NCBI RefSeq assembly: GCF_009914755.1
Contig: NC_060938.1
DNA length: 64,000 bases
Strand: one strand, 5' to 3'
Source of the DNA: the human T2T-CHM13v2.0 reference genome, Homo sapiens
Below the pieces are notes generated by a model, which was not told the DNA's origin, did no database searches, and saw nothing but the letters and a program-made list of their open reading frames with translations. Position numbers and translations under genes: made by a program. Positions 62,712 through 64,000 of the stretch are shown in pieces (positions within the stretch are counted from its first letter, which is position 1; every line of letters begins with the position of its first letter).

Positions 62712-63034
62712 GCCGAGGTTTGCTGGATAGCTGCAGGTGAGCAGAGGCAAGACAGCCTGGCGTCAGAGCTGGGCCCAAAGAGGCCAGAGCAACCATGTCT
62801 CCAGCCAGTTGAAATGTCAGTCTCTCCCCTGCTCCAACACCCTCCTCCTACCCTCAGCCACATCCCAGCACTGGAGTATCTGGGATATACAGGACAGCTA
62901 TAGGGTGCACGCGGTGCAGTGAAACATGCAAGAAGCCCTGTAAAGATCCGGTAACCGGGACCACACCCCTCCCCTATTGCCCCCATCCTTTTAGTCACCC
63001 TCAGGAGACACCAGCGTTCCGCTTGCCCTCTCAC

Positions 63035-63095
63035 TTAAGCGCCCGCTGTGCTTGGGGCTGCGTGGCAGAGGGAACTTGCCCACATGGCATCCCAG
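63035..63095 (-). other. KLHL33: Probable KLHL33 non-coding first exon
   Basis: Donor AA|GTGAGA at 63034, downstream of a TATA-like element; acceptor candidate cctgcag before 62730. Confidence 0.5.
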
Positions 63096-63230
63096 TCAGC
63101 CAGTGGCCCCATGGGGCTAATTATAGCCAGTCCTGGCTGGCTAGGCACTTGGCACCTGGTGTCCTAACTCTGACACCCAATCCCCTGGGCTCCCTCCCAG
63201 ACTGACATCCCCACCCTTCCACCTGTAGGT
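63080..63230 (-). promoter_or_regulatory. Candidate KLHL33 muscle-type promoter: MEF2/TATA element plus E-boxes
   Basis: CTAATTATAG at 63117-63126 fits YTA(A/T)4TAR; CANNTG at 63081, 63153, 63220. Confidence 0.55.
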
Positions 63231-63407
63231 CATACAGGGGTGTGCTGAGCTAGGCAAATTAGGAAACCAAGGAGAATGAGGGGATCTGGTGGAATGAGCC
63301 CAAGGCCAGAAGGGCTGGGCCACTAGAGTGGGCTGGAAGGATCAGGCAAAGAGTCTGGACCAGGCTTTGGCTGTTGACTTTTCTGTGCATGATAAAGCTG
63401 GGACCCC

Positions 63408-63846
63408 GCCGGGCATGGTGGTTCTTGCCTGTAATCCTAGCACTTTGGGAGGCCAAGGTGGGTGAGTCACTGGAGCCCAGGAATTTGAGACCAGCCTGGG
63501 TAATATGATGAAACTCCATATTTTTTATATCTACCAAAAATTACAAAAATTAGCTGGACGTGGTGTCTCATGCCTGTAGTCATAGCACTGTGGGAGGCCA
63601 AGGCGGATGGATCACTTGAGGCCAGCAGTTTGAGACCAAACTGGGCAACATGGTGAAACCCCATCTCTACAAAAAAATACAAAAATGAGCCAGGCATGGT
63701 GGGGCACATCTTTAGTCCCAGCTTCTTAGGAGGCTGAGGTGGGAGGATCACTTGAGCCCAGGAGGCAGAGGTTGCAGTGAGCTGAGGTCGCACCACACAC
63801 TCCAGCTTGGGTGACAGAGCAAAACCCTGTCTCAAAAAACAAAAAA
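63408..63846 (+). mobile_element. Trimeric AluJ-like element (extra left monomer)
   Basis: Two left-arm-like monomers then a right arm; TSD aaagctgggaccc. Confidence 0.8.
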
Positions 63847-64000
63847 GCTGGGACCCAGGAGCGAATATAGCCCAGCTTTATTCATGGAGGGCAGAAGAGT
63901 GGGGAAAGTGAAGGGCCAGGGGGCAGGGCTACGGACCTAGGTGGCTCACCCCACACAGGGATTACTATCTGTCCAGAGGTGGGGTCCAGGGTAAGAGCCT

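Overview
Primate (almost certainly human, chr14q11.2) genomic DNA carrying two protein-coding genes on the minus strand. (1) TEP1 (telomerase-associated protein 1, also a vault component): CpG-island promoter and non-coding exon 1 near 40.3 kb, ATG at 35362, and 47 coding exons (exons 2-48 counting from exon 1) running off the left edge. I spliced them by hand at GT-AG junctions; phases are consistent throughout, giving about 2291 codons in the window (TEP1_N repeats, TROVE, vWA-like, DUF4062, NACHT, WD40). (2) KLHL33, complete: four coding exons (62711 to 55733) splicing to 797 aa with two BTB domains, BACK and kelch repeats. The rest is mostly repeats: over 40 Alu/FLAM copies, a 5'-truncated L1PA3-like element, MaLR LTRs, MER DNA transposons, MIR/L2/L1M relics and a tailless 5S rRNA pseudogene. 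I see no convincing new gene or wholly new system. The best leads are: gene conversion between closely spaced inverted Alus plus a private 28-bp patch shared with an Alu 45 kb away; a duplicated p53-half-site/AP-1 cluster in TEP1 intron 8; an intact TIR-like DUF4062 motif and NACHT P-loop making TEP1 look like an RNA-binding NLR/STAND protein; the tandem-BTB architecture of KLHL33; and a stop-free double-intron-retention frame in KLHL33. Repeat subfamily calls and boundaries are by eye and approximate.
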